A stretch of DNA of 64,000 nucleotides from Capitella teleta (taxonomy: Eukaryota), in contig KB301608.1 in assembly GCA_000328365.1 (NCBI GenBank), positions 59,525 to 123,524 on the forward strand, written 5' to 3'. The notes under the pieces are model-generated. The model did not search any database and had not been told where the DNA came from. It worked only from the letters and a program-made list of their open reading frames with translations. Positions within the stretch are counted from its first letter, which is position 1. The number at the start of each line of letters is the position of its first letter. Below are positions 48,691-57,730 of the stretch, piece after piece. The position numbers and the translations under genes were made by a program.

Positions 48691-49463
48691 AATTGCATAA
48701 ATCCGAAGTTTTACAATATAACAATCCTCTTGTTTACAATATCATGAATATGCATGGAGTGCAGGTGTATTCAGGGTCAGGCTGACATCATACATGCTCT
48801 CAGCCTCTATCTTACCCCACTGCTGTTGTAACCAAGTCTATACTGTAATAGCATTTTGAAAGCTTCAGAGGAGTTTCATGCAACCGAAGCCCACTGGCCT
48901 GGTAAGACACCTGTGATTATGTGAGTGAATTATGGGCTATGGGGATTCATGAAGACACAATTCTGCTGGGGGCCTAAGCAAATTCCTCAGACGGACGCAA
49001 ACCATCTCCACAGTGCAGGGAATCCTTCTCAATGGAGATGTATGTGTATGGCACAGATAATGTAGCCAGAGCTTGACAATATAGCGGCCAAATATGATGA
49101 ATTCACTTTCTTTCCACATTCACCATGTTCTCAAACACCTAAAAGGGAGAGGAAATTATTTGGGTTAACATATTTGGTAACAGAGGCTTCTTTGTCTCAG
49201 GATTGTATAGCTAGATCATGGAATCGAAACGGATTGACCTCTTGTGTTATAGTGTCCTCACCTCACAGCTGGTAAGCAAATACTTAGGGTAGATCAAAGT
49301 ATAACAGACTACATTTGTATGTAGAGTGCTTAATTAGAAGAGTAAAAACTGTCTGAAAGGTGAACAAACTGCAAAAATTTGGCTCCTTCCATATTTCAGA
49401 TATCTCGATGATCATTATAGTATGATGAAATTTTGTTTTCAGGATTGATATTTCTTGGAAACC

Positions 49464-52400
49464 ATGGCAAGTGAACTAGAAGATGTCTTCTCCTTTGCAA
49501 ACGTTCTCCTCGACGACTGTGACTCTGAGCAAGTGAAGGACGACTTAAATGCTGAAGAAATATTGCCAGCGGAGTGGGTCGAATTGGAAGCAGAGAATGT
49601 TTTGGTTGAAGGTGAGGAGGATATTTCCGATGACACAGAGGAGGAGCGCTCTCTTCCCCTCACAATCGTTTCCCTCGACCCAACGTCTTTTGCTGACGCC
49701 AAAGCCCAGGAAATGATGCGGAAAAACGAGCGTCGCATGGAACACGTGCTGCGAACACAGAAGAAGAAGAAGAAGATGAAGCAAATCATTGTGCAGACGC
49801 AGCGCACCAAAGATCCACCCACGTCCGTCAAGAAGCGAGTTGAAGAGAAAATTGTGAAGAAATTAGCCAAACAGCCTGCGGTGAAAAAGAAGACTTCTGG
49901 CTCCAAAGGAACGCACCAACTTCAGTACACTGAGTTCAAGTGTTTTGAGTGCAATTGCAGTTGCGTGGATGAGGATGGCTTAGTTTCACATTGGAAAAGC
50001 AAACACTTTGTGCCTGATGCGAACGGAACAGCCGTTCAGTGCGCGCAGTGTGATTGCAAGTATGCGTTGACGGCACAGAGATTCAGAAGATTCACTGACG
50101 TTCAGTCTTGCATCTCCTTCTATTTCAACCACCGCGTCAAGAAGCACGCGTTCCAGGTGCCGCCTTTCGTTAAATCTTTCCAATGCGATTTCCCGCACTG
50201 TACGTTTGTGGCGTACTCCGTTTACTTGATCAAGCGACACACGGAGAGTGGACGCCATTGTGTGCGTCAGTTCAAGGGGCCGGACAACAACAAACCCATT
50301 CTCGACCACTTAGCGCAATATGGCAGCGGGAATAAGTATTCTTTGATTTTCAAGCAGTTCAAGTGTTTTGTTTGCGGCGGACAGACTGAGTATGGAAGCC
50401 GTGAGGCGTTATGGCGCCACTGGAGAGAGAAGCATGTCAAAGGGAGAAAGGGCGAAGGCGTTATTGCGTGCGCCTCTTGCGATGTCACCTACAGAATACC
50501 GCAACCCCGCCTGACAAGGCTGACGCACATCATGACGTGCATGGCGTACTACTTCAGTCATTGCGTGAAGAAACACAACCTGGAGGTTCCTCCGTACATC
50601 GTGCCTCTGAGGTGCAGTCACCAGGGCTGCTCATACGTTACTTACACGAAGCAACTTCTTCAGCGGCACTTACAAGAAGTTAAGCATGTAGCCATGAAGA
50701 AGGAAGCTCCAATTCTTTTTACAGAGTATTGCTGCTTCCTCTGTGCTGGAGAAGATGGGGAAGATTTGGGGCCTTTTGAAGATGTGCGCTCGTATGCGGA
50801 ACACTGGCGCTCACTGCACTTCACGAAAGGCAGTCATCAGAGTATCATATCATGCAGCGATTGTGCTGAAACGTTTAGCGTACCATTCAACGTGAATGAT
50901 CTGGAAGTGGTTTCAATTGTGAGTAGATTGTGCTCGCATCGCATTGAGACGCACGCCATGCAGCCAGCGCCCTATATCAACGCCATCTCATACCGTTCTA
51001 CCATGCCGCTCCACAAAACGAATTCTGCTGAAAGGAAAAACAGAGTTGATTTCAACGAGGAGAAGTCAGTGAGCACTACTACTTCTGCTCCAATGAGTCT
51101 GCTCACCTTCCTGCAGCTCAAATGCTTTGAGTGCAATGACAATGTTGTCCATGCTAATCCTGAAGCATACACTGACCACTGGCGCCAGTCGCACTTCACC
51201 GTGGCCGACGGTCAAGCGTGTGTGCAATGCAAACATTGCGAATACAGCATCGGACTCAACGTCAATCTCCTTCACAAGAACCACGATATCGGGCGGTGCA
51301 TCGCGTCGTATTTGACTCACTGCGTGCACAAGCATTCCTCTGTGTGTCCTGATTACATCCAGCAACTGGAATGTCCAGAAGAAGGCTGCAAATTCCGTGC
51401 TTTGACCATGAAACTGATGCAGTCACACGTACGGCATACGTCTCACCACAAACTGAAGAGATGCCTGCAAAAGAAGATTGATCCTTACTGTGAACTCTCT
51501 TTGAAGGAGATGCGATGCTTTCTCTGTGACGATGGCGTTGTATTTGACAACAGAGATGAGTATGATGCTCATCTGCTGACTGTGCATTCGGTTGAGCAAG
51601 ATGACAAGCCAGTCTTGTTCTGTCGTCACTGTGACGCTTCCTTCCCATCCACTCTCAGCTCTGCCATCACCGCTCTGTTTGGCCACATGGTAAACAGGCA
51701 TTCGTTTCCCGTGCCCTGGTACATAGAGGAATTCAAGTGCGATGAGACCGGTTGTGACTTTGTGGCATATTCTTCGTTGGCGTTGCAGAAGCATTTGAAG
51801 GCCCAGAAACACACTTATTCGGCACCAAACCTCTTCCAGTCGTACTTGAACTTTCACGAGTACCGTTGCTTCCTATGCGCTGATTCCTCAGAGCTGTATG
51901 AGAATAAGAAAGTGTTTGAGCAGCATTTGAACTCAGAGCACGTGATGTGCCTGGACGAACCCTCCCTTGTCTGTCCCCAGTGTCGGCATATCTTCAAACT
52001 GCATCTGAGTAACGGAGCTGATTACGGCAAAACTCTGTCCATCAAGAAGTACGACCCATCACGATCCCTGTGCATTCTCCTCAACCACATGGCCACCAAG
52101 CACGATTACGCTATCCCTTCGTTTGTCTTGTCATTCAAGTGTGACCATCCCGGCTGCGCATTCACCACCGTGAGGAAATGCACGTTTGATCGACATGTCA
52201 AGTCTCACGTCATCGATAAGCAGTGTTATCAGTGCGGACTCTTTTTCAGTGAAACCCGGATTGATAAACATGCTGAGAAATGCGGAAGTCTCCCAGACGA
52301 GAGCACAGCATCTTCCGACGCCTTTACCTGTTTCCAGTGTGGAATCTCATTCCCTCGTAAAGTCTTCCTAAACAAACACATGCTTGATGCCCACAGTGTG

Positions 52401-53036
52401 CAGCAGACGCCAGCCCACAAGAAGAACGCCAACGTGGTCTTCCAGTGCGAAATCTGCTCAAAAGTTCTCACAGAGCGTCGTTCAATAAAACGACACATGT
52501 TGAACGTGCATCCAGCTGCCACTGAGAAATTCAACAAAATCATCCTGAACCAAGAAGAACCGGATGAGCCCCCAAAACTGTATGAATGCACATTGTGCTC
52601 GTCTCAAATCAGTCTGGTGAAGCAGCACTTTGCTCAGCACCACGCGATGCAGTACGAGGAGCATCACAGCCACTTGGTCAGAGAGGTTCCGTTGCCCGTC
52701 TTTGAGTGTGAAATTGTGGACTACGTTTCGTCCACTCCTTTTGACCCGAGCCTCATGGACGAAGGAAGCGCCGAGCGCCTGGCGTTCCCCTCGGCAGGGG
52801 GCGCTCCTGATTCCATCTCTGATGTACTCGACTGCAGCATGCGTCTCTCCGGGTTGACGCCCGGTGATATGAGTCACATGATGCCGCCAAACTTTGGCTC
52901 TGATGCAGCGATGAAGAGCGTGGCCGGCAGCGCTGTTCCGTCACCCGTCATGTCATTCGCTGTGTCGCGTGTGGCACCTCAGGAAGAAGATGAAATGGCA
53001 GTTAGCAACCCTTGGGTACACTTCAATAAAACTTGA
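49464..53036 (+). CDS. Large single-exon zinc-finger protein (1191 aa from the first ATG). It has six tandem ~120-aa modules, each with three atypical C2H2-like units, followed by three classical C2H2 fingers.
   Basis: The uninterrupted ORF runs 49455-53036, with an ATG at 49464 in an accATGG context. The module pattern repeats six times: [F/Y]xCFxC-x11-15-HW-x3-H ... CxxC-x~20-H-x4-H ... P[PA][FY][IV]-x4-C-x4-5-C-x12-H-x4-5-H. Modules begin at 'FKCFECNC', 'FKCFVCGG', 'YCCFLCAG', 'LKCFECND', 'MRCFLCDD', 'YRCFLCAD'. The terminal fingers are 'FTCFQCGISFPRKVFLNKHMLDAH', 'FQCEICSKVLTERRSIKRHMLNVH' and 'YECTLCSSQISLVKQHFAQHH'. I did not recognise an ortholog. Confidence 0.6.
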   Translation: MASELEDVFSFANVLLDDCDSEQVKDDLNAEEILPAEWVELEAENVLVEGEEDISDDTEEERSLPLTIVSLDPTSFADAKAQEMMRKNERRMEHVLRTQKKKKKMKQIIVQTQRTKDPPTSVKKRVEEKIVKKLAKQPAVKKKTSGSKGTHQLQYTEFKCFECNCSCVDEDGLVSHWKSKHFVPDANGTAVQCAQCDCKYALTAQRFRRFTDVQSCISFYFNHRVKKHAFQVPPFVKSFQCDFPHCTFVAYSVYLIKRHTESGRHCVRQFKGPDNNKPILDHLAQYGSGNKYSLIFKQFKCFVCGGQTEYGSREALWRHWREKHVKGRKGEGVIACASCDVTYRIPQPRLTRLTHIMTCMAYYFSHCVKKHNLEVPPYIVPLRCSHQGCSYVTYTKQLLQRHLQEVKHVAMKKEAPILFTEYCCFLCAGEDGEDLGPFEDVRSYAEHWRSLHFTKGSHQSIISCSDCAETFSVPFNVNDLEVVSIVSRLCSHRIETHAMQPAPYINAISYRSTMPLHKTNSAERKNRVDFNEEKSVSTTTSAPMSLLTFLQLKCFECNDNVVHANPEAYTDHWRQSHFTVADGQACVQCKHCEYSIGLNVNLLHKNHDIGRCIASYLTHCVHKHSSVCPDYIQQLECPEEGCKFRALTMKLMQSHVRHTSHHKLKRCLQKKIDPYCELSLKEMRCFLCDDGVVFDNRDEYDAHLLTVHSVEQDDKPVLFCRHCDASFPSTLSSAITALFGHMVNRHSFPVPWYIEEFKCDETGCDFVAYSSLALQKHLKAQKHTYSAPNLFQSYLNFHEYRCFLCADSSELYENKKVFEQHLNSEHVMCLDEPSLVCPQCRHIFKLHLSNGADYGKTLSIKKYDPSRSLCILLNHMATKHDYAIPSFVLSFKCDHPGCAFTTVRKCTFDRHVKSHVIDKQCYQCGLFFSETRIDKHAEKCGSLPDESTASSDAFTCFQCGISFPRKVFLNKHMLDAHSVQQTPAHKKNANVVFQCEICSKVLTERRSIKRHMLNVHPAATEKFNKIILNQEEPDEPPKLYECTLCSSQISLVKQHFAQHHAMQYEEHHSHLVREVPLPVFECEIVDYVSSTPFDPSLMDEGSAERLAFPSAGGAPDSISDVLDCSMRLSGLTPGDMSHMMPPNFGSDAAMKSVAGSAVPSPVMSFAVSRVAPQEEDEMAVSNPWVHFNKT
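53025..53030 (+). terminator. polyadenylation signal AATAAA overlapping the zinc-finger gene stop region
   Basis: AATAAA lies immediately 5' of the TGA stop at 53034-53036. The AT-rich 3' region that follows has further AATAAA/ATTAAA copies. Confidence 0.3.
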
Positions 53037-55242
53037 TTGCAATTCGTCTTATGGCTACATTGTGAAAATGAAAATTATGTATTATGGGTTTTGTTTTCTG
53101 TGATGAATTGTGATCAAATGAATAATCAAATATGCTCAATTTTATCGGAACTCCCTTTGAATAGTGCTATGATTTGATCATCGTTCCCTCGATTTTATCT
53201 ACTTAAATTTGTGGGAATTTGAATGGTTTTTTTTGGATAATTTTTTTTTTCTCTCTCTCCTTGAAAATTGTTGGTTGTATCTAATTCGATATGGTTATAA
53301 GTTTATCAAAAACTTTTGAATGTGCATTGAGTTTATTATACACATGAGAAAGTTTTACTTCACTTTTTGCGATTCAAGTTTATTTTGTTTCCATTTTTTT
53401 GCAATAAAATTCAAAAAGATTATGCATATAATCAGATTTCATGAATTTAAATAAAATAAAATTATACAAAATTATTCTTTGATTGACTTATATAAATTTG
53501 CTAGACTTTTTATTTATGCTTATATTTTTCTTCCATAACTATGGTTTTACTGCGTTGAGTTTAACATGTACGCTTTTGTGTACCTCATCAGCTACATGTA
53601 CTTGTGGCTTATAGCTACCTAGGGATAATGGTGCAAAATACAACAAGACAATACAAGAAAAACTTTTGGAATTCTTATTTTCTTGATATCTTTAATATCT
53701 TTAAAATTGACCGTTATTTAATCCATATTAAATTTCTCGGTATATATATGTATGTGGTGGTTGTTGAAATCTTTTACAATCAAGTCCCATAATTCAATCA
53801 TTCATGCAACATATGTATTATTCAAATTATTGTTTTATCTTTAATAAATCTTTATTCAACAAAAGAAATACTGTCTTGTTTATTAGTGTTAATCGCATAA
53901 CTATATTTCTTCTCTTTTTCTTACTAAGTAACTGTGCATTGTTTAAAACTACTAGTACTGGTATGTGATCTAGCTACTATAGTACTGCTACGTGTAGGCG
54001 CATCAGTAGCTACTATCTACATGTACTGATGCACATCCAAGTACAATACTGAAGTAGGTGCGCATGTGGAAATACAGTGAAATGCACAGAATATAGCACC
54101 GTGAGTTGGCAGGTCTGCTATAGGTATGTTGTTATCTGTGGTGAAATGCGGGAAAGGACGTTATGAACATATGTAAGAATATAATACCGGTATGACGCGT
54201 CTCCTGGTGAATTTATGTTACAGAGTAACGACAAAGGAACGCTCATCACAATAAATGCATAATGTTATACCGATTTAGAACAGGGATATTTTTAGATTTG
54301 CTAGCTTTTTTGTCACTTTGATACTGCTTGGTGTTGTTTCATCACAACAAATACTGTAAGCTAAATTTAAATACAAATAACTTAATGACAATGGAAACAA
54401 ATGGCGGATATTTCCATTCAAAAGAATCCACTTATTATCATAACGCACTCAATGTTTTCGTTTAAACGGATATGTTATCACCTGTCAGCAGATTGTTTCC
54501 CTCTCGGCTGAATCGACGATCTTTTCTTCGCTTTTGATTGAATTACTTTCGTTCAAGTACATCGCACAAATGTACAGATGCCAATTTCTTTAGCCATTTT
54601 CCGCCTGGAATTGGCGAATGAGAGTGAGGCACTTCTCAACTTCAGCTACGCAGGTTTGTTGAGTTGAATTATTTTCTCTTCGATCGTAGCTACGCTCTAA
54701 CACTGTTAGTGTTACTGTAACCAACACTTACACTGTAATCAGTGACAGTCATCGGAGACTGAGCCAATGAGTGACCGGCCAGCAGGTGGCACCATTTGCT
54801 AGAACTAGAAGTCAGTGTTTACTGCCTTTGACATTCGCTAATTGTATTTTTTCATACTTACTAATACTATAACTTCACTCAGTCTATAGCCATAATAATA
54901 GGTGCTGAATAATTTTGTATATTCATTACGATTATCATATTTATTTCAATTATCCTTGAATAATTGGCCATAAATATTAATTAATACAAGCTCATATTAG
55001 TCATATGATATTTCTTTGTAAGGATCTCTCATTTCTAATCCCTAAATCATTTCCAGCGCCTGAATTCTCCGTTGGTAATTGCACCTCGTACGCTCAGGCT
55101 GCTTCCTGCTCACCTGTGACAAAAATTCATCTCTCTAATTGCAAAGGAAGGCGTGAATATCAAACATTTACTATTGAAACATATGTGAAAGGTGAGTTCC
55201 CTTCAAACCATTTCTTCTTCACTCTGTTTTCTCGTTGTAGGC

Positions 55243-55487
55243 ATGGCAGAGGAAGCGGCCGGCTTGGATGTGGATGCTGCCTCCACCGCAAGCAGCGCCT
55301 CTAATGACAGAAGCAAATTGAAGGACCTCAAAGCAAAACGCAAGAGTCCTACGTTTGATGGGCAGACCAGCTCGAGACCTGGCAGTGCACGGTCTCGTAA
55401 TAGGGATAACCAGCACTCAATTTGGTTCTACTCTGGAAACCCGGCGGTTGAAAGAACAGAGGGAATTCTGCACTTATACAAAGACAA
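55243..55487 (+). CDS. BRAP: BRAP exon 1 (first recognisable coding exon; may be preceded by 5'UTR exon(s), since an acceptor-like ttgtag lies just upstream of the ATG)
   Basis: 'MAEEAAGLD...[24 protein letters not shown]', donor AA|gtgaat. Confidence 0.65.
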
Positions 55488-57623
55488 GTGAATATTTCCT
55501 TCAGCTCATCAAGTTAGATTATATTCCCACTACGTTGATAGCAAACTGACCTCTCTTGATGAAGATGGACCTCGCAGTGAAATGATCTGCATCCTCAAAG
55601 TTCCAGCATCCATAATGTCTCAGGATCTCATCCAATTTCTGGCCCCTGTTCAGTAAGTCTCCATTTGCCGGTATTTGTCTTGTTTAAAATTGCATGCTTT
55701 TTATTTTGCAGATCCGGATTAGAAATTATTCGTATTATCCGTGACTCTACTCCTAGTCAGTACATGGTCTTACTGAAATTTGTCAACCAAGTTTGTGATA
55801 TTTCTTTCAATTCATTTGTTTGTAAATTATTCATTTATAGGTTGCAGCTGATGAGTTTTATAAAAACTTCAACAACAAGTCATTCAATTCGATTGAGGAG
55901 GACATTTGCTATTTGGTGTATGTCGCTCGCCTTGAAACTCTGTCATCGTCAGAGGTAATTAGTGTCATGAAACCCTCTCAATCAGTCACGCATGTTCAAC
56001 AATCAGGGAGCGGCTCTTCCAATCTCTGGCGCCACAGAATTACCCGTTTGCACAGTGTGCTTAGAAAGCATGGTGAGTGAATTACGTGCAGCGTGTATGC
56101 CATAACGTTTGAATGCTTCTTAGGATGAATCTGTTGAGGGTATCCTCACCATCCTCTGTAACCACTCCTTCCACTGCTCATGCTTAGCCAAGTGGGGAGA
56201 CACTACCTGTCCGATCTGTCGTTATATTCAGACACCAGAGAACGTCACTGATAACTGTTGTTTTCAGTGCACTTCACAGGAGGTAATTGGTCAGCTCCTT
56301 TTCTGTCATGCTTGTGTTTTTTAAACACTTTGTACGAATCGCTTTCAATCAGGAATTGTGGATCTGTTTGATTTGCGGTCATGTTGGCTGCGGTCGATAT
56401 AACGAAGGACATGCTCACAAGTCAGTACCTCTATTTTATGATAATTTTTCTATTAATTTTATTTAAATCCAGGCATTTCCAGGAGACAAATCACACGTAT
56501 GCTCTGAGACTTGGGCAGAACTCTGTTTGGGATTATGCCGGAGATAATTACGTGCACCGATTAGTGGCGAATAAAACTGACGGCAAAATGGTTGAATTGG
56601 TGGATGAGGCAGGGAACCAGATTCAGGAAGAGAAGTTGGACTCCATGGAGTTAGAGGTACTGACTGCATACTCTTCTTATGCTACTTTGCTGATTTCCAA
56701 GAAACTTGTTGAGAATGTTATGGAAATCCTTTCCCTCGACACAGATAACATTCTTATCACAATGGTTCTGTTTATGTAATGACCTTCTTGAACTCCTCTT
56801 AACTTGTGATTGACTTGTTCGACAGCCTCTTCCTCTCATGGAGATATTTTTAGTTTCTGAAAAATGAAGATATGAATTTCTGCACAGAAAAAATGGAGAG
56901 CACTTTTTATCAGTTTTAATTTCTTTTCAGTATACCTACTTGCTAACGACTCAATTAGAATCGCAACGCAATTTTTTCTTGGACGAAATCAAAATGTTGG
57001 AACTGAAAAAACAGAAGGAGGCAAGAAAAGAAAAAAACTAGACTTTGAAAACAATTCAACATTTTTTTTTTTTTTTTTTAACATAGGTTGAAGAGAAGGA
57101 ATGTGCATTAAAGAAGGCCTGTGACGAAAGGACTCATTTCAGAGAGGAATTAGACCGGCTGATGGCTGAGAAAAAAGTATTGGAGAAAAAAAACAACCAG
57201 GTTTGTGTGCTGGCTTGGCTTTGAAATAAATGACCGATTGACCATCATTCCAGTTGGACGGACGCTTGACCAAAGTTCTGAAGGATTACGGAGATGAACT
57301 GGAGCTAAATCGCTCTCTGCAAGGCAACCAGGTGCAATATCAGGACGAAATTCATAAATTGAAAAAGGTTTGCTGGATAAAAAATTTAAATTGTTCTATT
57401 AAAATGAATTATATTTTCATAGATGAATAAGCAGGTCCTTGTTGAGAAAGCTGACTTGGAGGAGCAGATTCGTGATTTGATCGGACATTTTGAGGCTCAA
57501 ACGAGGCTCAAGGAGTCGCCAGGAGTCAGTCAGCAGGAACTGCAGGACAGTCACATCGTTGTGTCTCCTAGCACAACTGCCACGAACGACCGTAAACGAC
57601 ATCGGAAGAAACCGGCCAAGTGA
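55243..57623 (+). CDS. BRAP: BRCA1-associated protein (BRAP/IMP E3 ligase) ortholog, gene-level span. Twelve exons: 55243-55487, 55541-55652, 55712-55790, 55841-55954, 55986-56072, 56124-56282, 56353-56420, 56473-56656, 56931-57020, 57087-57200, 57254-57367, 57423-57623.
   Basis: Identity with human BRAP is strong. N-terminal '[24 protein letters not shown]' matches human 'ISFFSGNPSVEIVHGIMHLYKTNK'. The BRAP2 domain is '[51 protein letters not shown]'. The RING-H2 is '[46 protein letters not shown]'. The ZnF-UBP is '[63 protein letters not shown]'. A coiled-coil follows ('[13 protein letters not shown]...'). Exon 2 carries an apparent single-base insertion, described in the findings. Confidence 0.8.
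55541..55652 (+). CDS. BRAP: BRAP exon 2 (contains an apparent +1 frameshift near 55620)
   Basis: Acceptor gttgatag|. The exon reads '[27 protein letters not shown]' in one frame. '[11 protein letters not shown]' follows in the +1 frame after an extra C in ...ATGTCTCCAGGATCTC. Donor CA|gtaagt. Confidence 0.6.
55712..55790 (+). CDS. BRAP: BRAP exon 3
   Basis: Acceptor ttttgcag|, donor CAA|gtttgt. The exon encodes '[26 protein letters not shown]'. Confidence 0.8.
55841..55954 (+). CDS. BRAP: BRAP exon 4
   Basis: Acceptor tttatag|, donor GAG|gtaatt. The exon encodes '[38 protein letters not shown]'. Confidence 0.8.
55986..56072 (+). CDS. BRAP: BRAP exon 5 (start of RING)
   Basis: Acceptor caatcag|, donor ATG|gtgagt. 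The exon encodes '...[12 protein letters not shown]'. Confidence 0.8.
56124..56282 (+). CDS. BRAP: BRAP exon 6 (RING-H2)
   Basis: Acceptor cttcttag|, donor GAG|gtaatt. Confidence 0.85.
56353..56420 (+). CDS. BRAP: BRAP exon 7 (ZnF-UBP N-terminal part)
   Basis: Acceptor caatcag|, donor AA|gtcagt. Confidence 0.85.
56473..56656 (+). CDS. BRAP: BRAP exon 8 (ZnF-UBP)
   Basis: Acceptor aaatccag|, donor GAG|gtactg. Confidence 0.85.
56931..57020 (+). CDS. BRAP: BRAP exon 9 (coiled coil; candidate GC-AG intron donor at 57021)
   Basis: Acceptor tcttttcag|. The exon ends ...AAGGAG|gcaaga, a GC donor. Reading through gives a stop after 7 codons. No GT donor is available that preserves the conserved continuation. 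Confidence 0.6.
57087..57200 (+). CDS. BRAP: BRAP exon 10
   Basis: Acceptor aacatag| after a T20 tract, donor CAG|gtttgt. Confidence 0.75.
57254..57367 (+). CDS. BRAP: BRAP exon 11
   Basis: Acceptor cattccag|, donor AAG|gtttgc. Confidence 0.75.
57423..57623 (+). CDS. BRAP: BRAP terminal exon (stop TGA 57621-57623)
   Basis: Acceptor ttttcatag|. This is ORF-track ORF 57423-57623 and ends in a basic tail, '[11 protein letters not shown]'. Confidence 0.75.
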   Translation: MNKQVLVEKADLEEQIRDLIGHFEAQTRLKESPGVSQQELQDSHIVVSPSTTATNDRKRHRKKPAK

Positions 57624-57724
57624 CAGCATTTGCATACAGGTGGCGCCAGTATTTTCTTGCATTTCTTTATTTATGTTTTCTTTATATTATTTCTTGTGTA
57701 TTAATGAGTTTTTTAATAAAAGAT

Positions 57725-57730
57725 TTTTTG
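57725..57730 (+). terminator. polyadenylation signal AATAAA ~100 nt downstream of the BRAP stop
   Basis: The AATAAA hexamer lies in an AT-rich 3' UTR. Confidence 0.35.

Noticed and set aside
55005-55304. An ORF upstream of and in frame with the BRAP ATG was considered as an N-terminal extension of BRAP.
   Set aside because: It contains an internal splice-donor-like site (GAAAG|gtgagt at ~55190) and an acceptor just before the ATG. Its sequence does not resemble the vertebrate BRAP N-terminus. It is more likely a 5'UTR exon plus intron. This is unresolved without cDNA.
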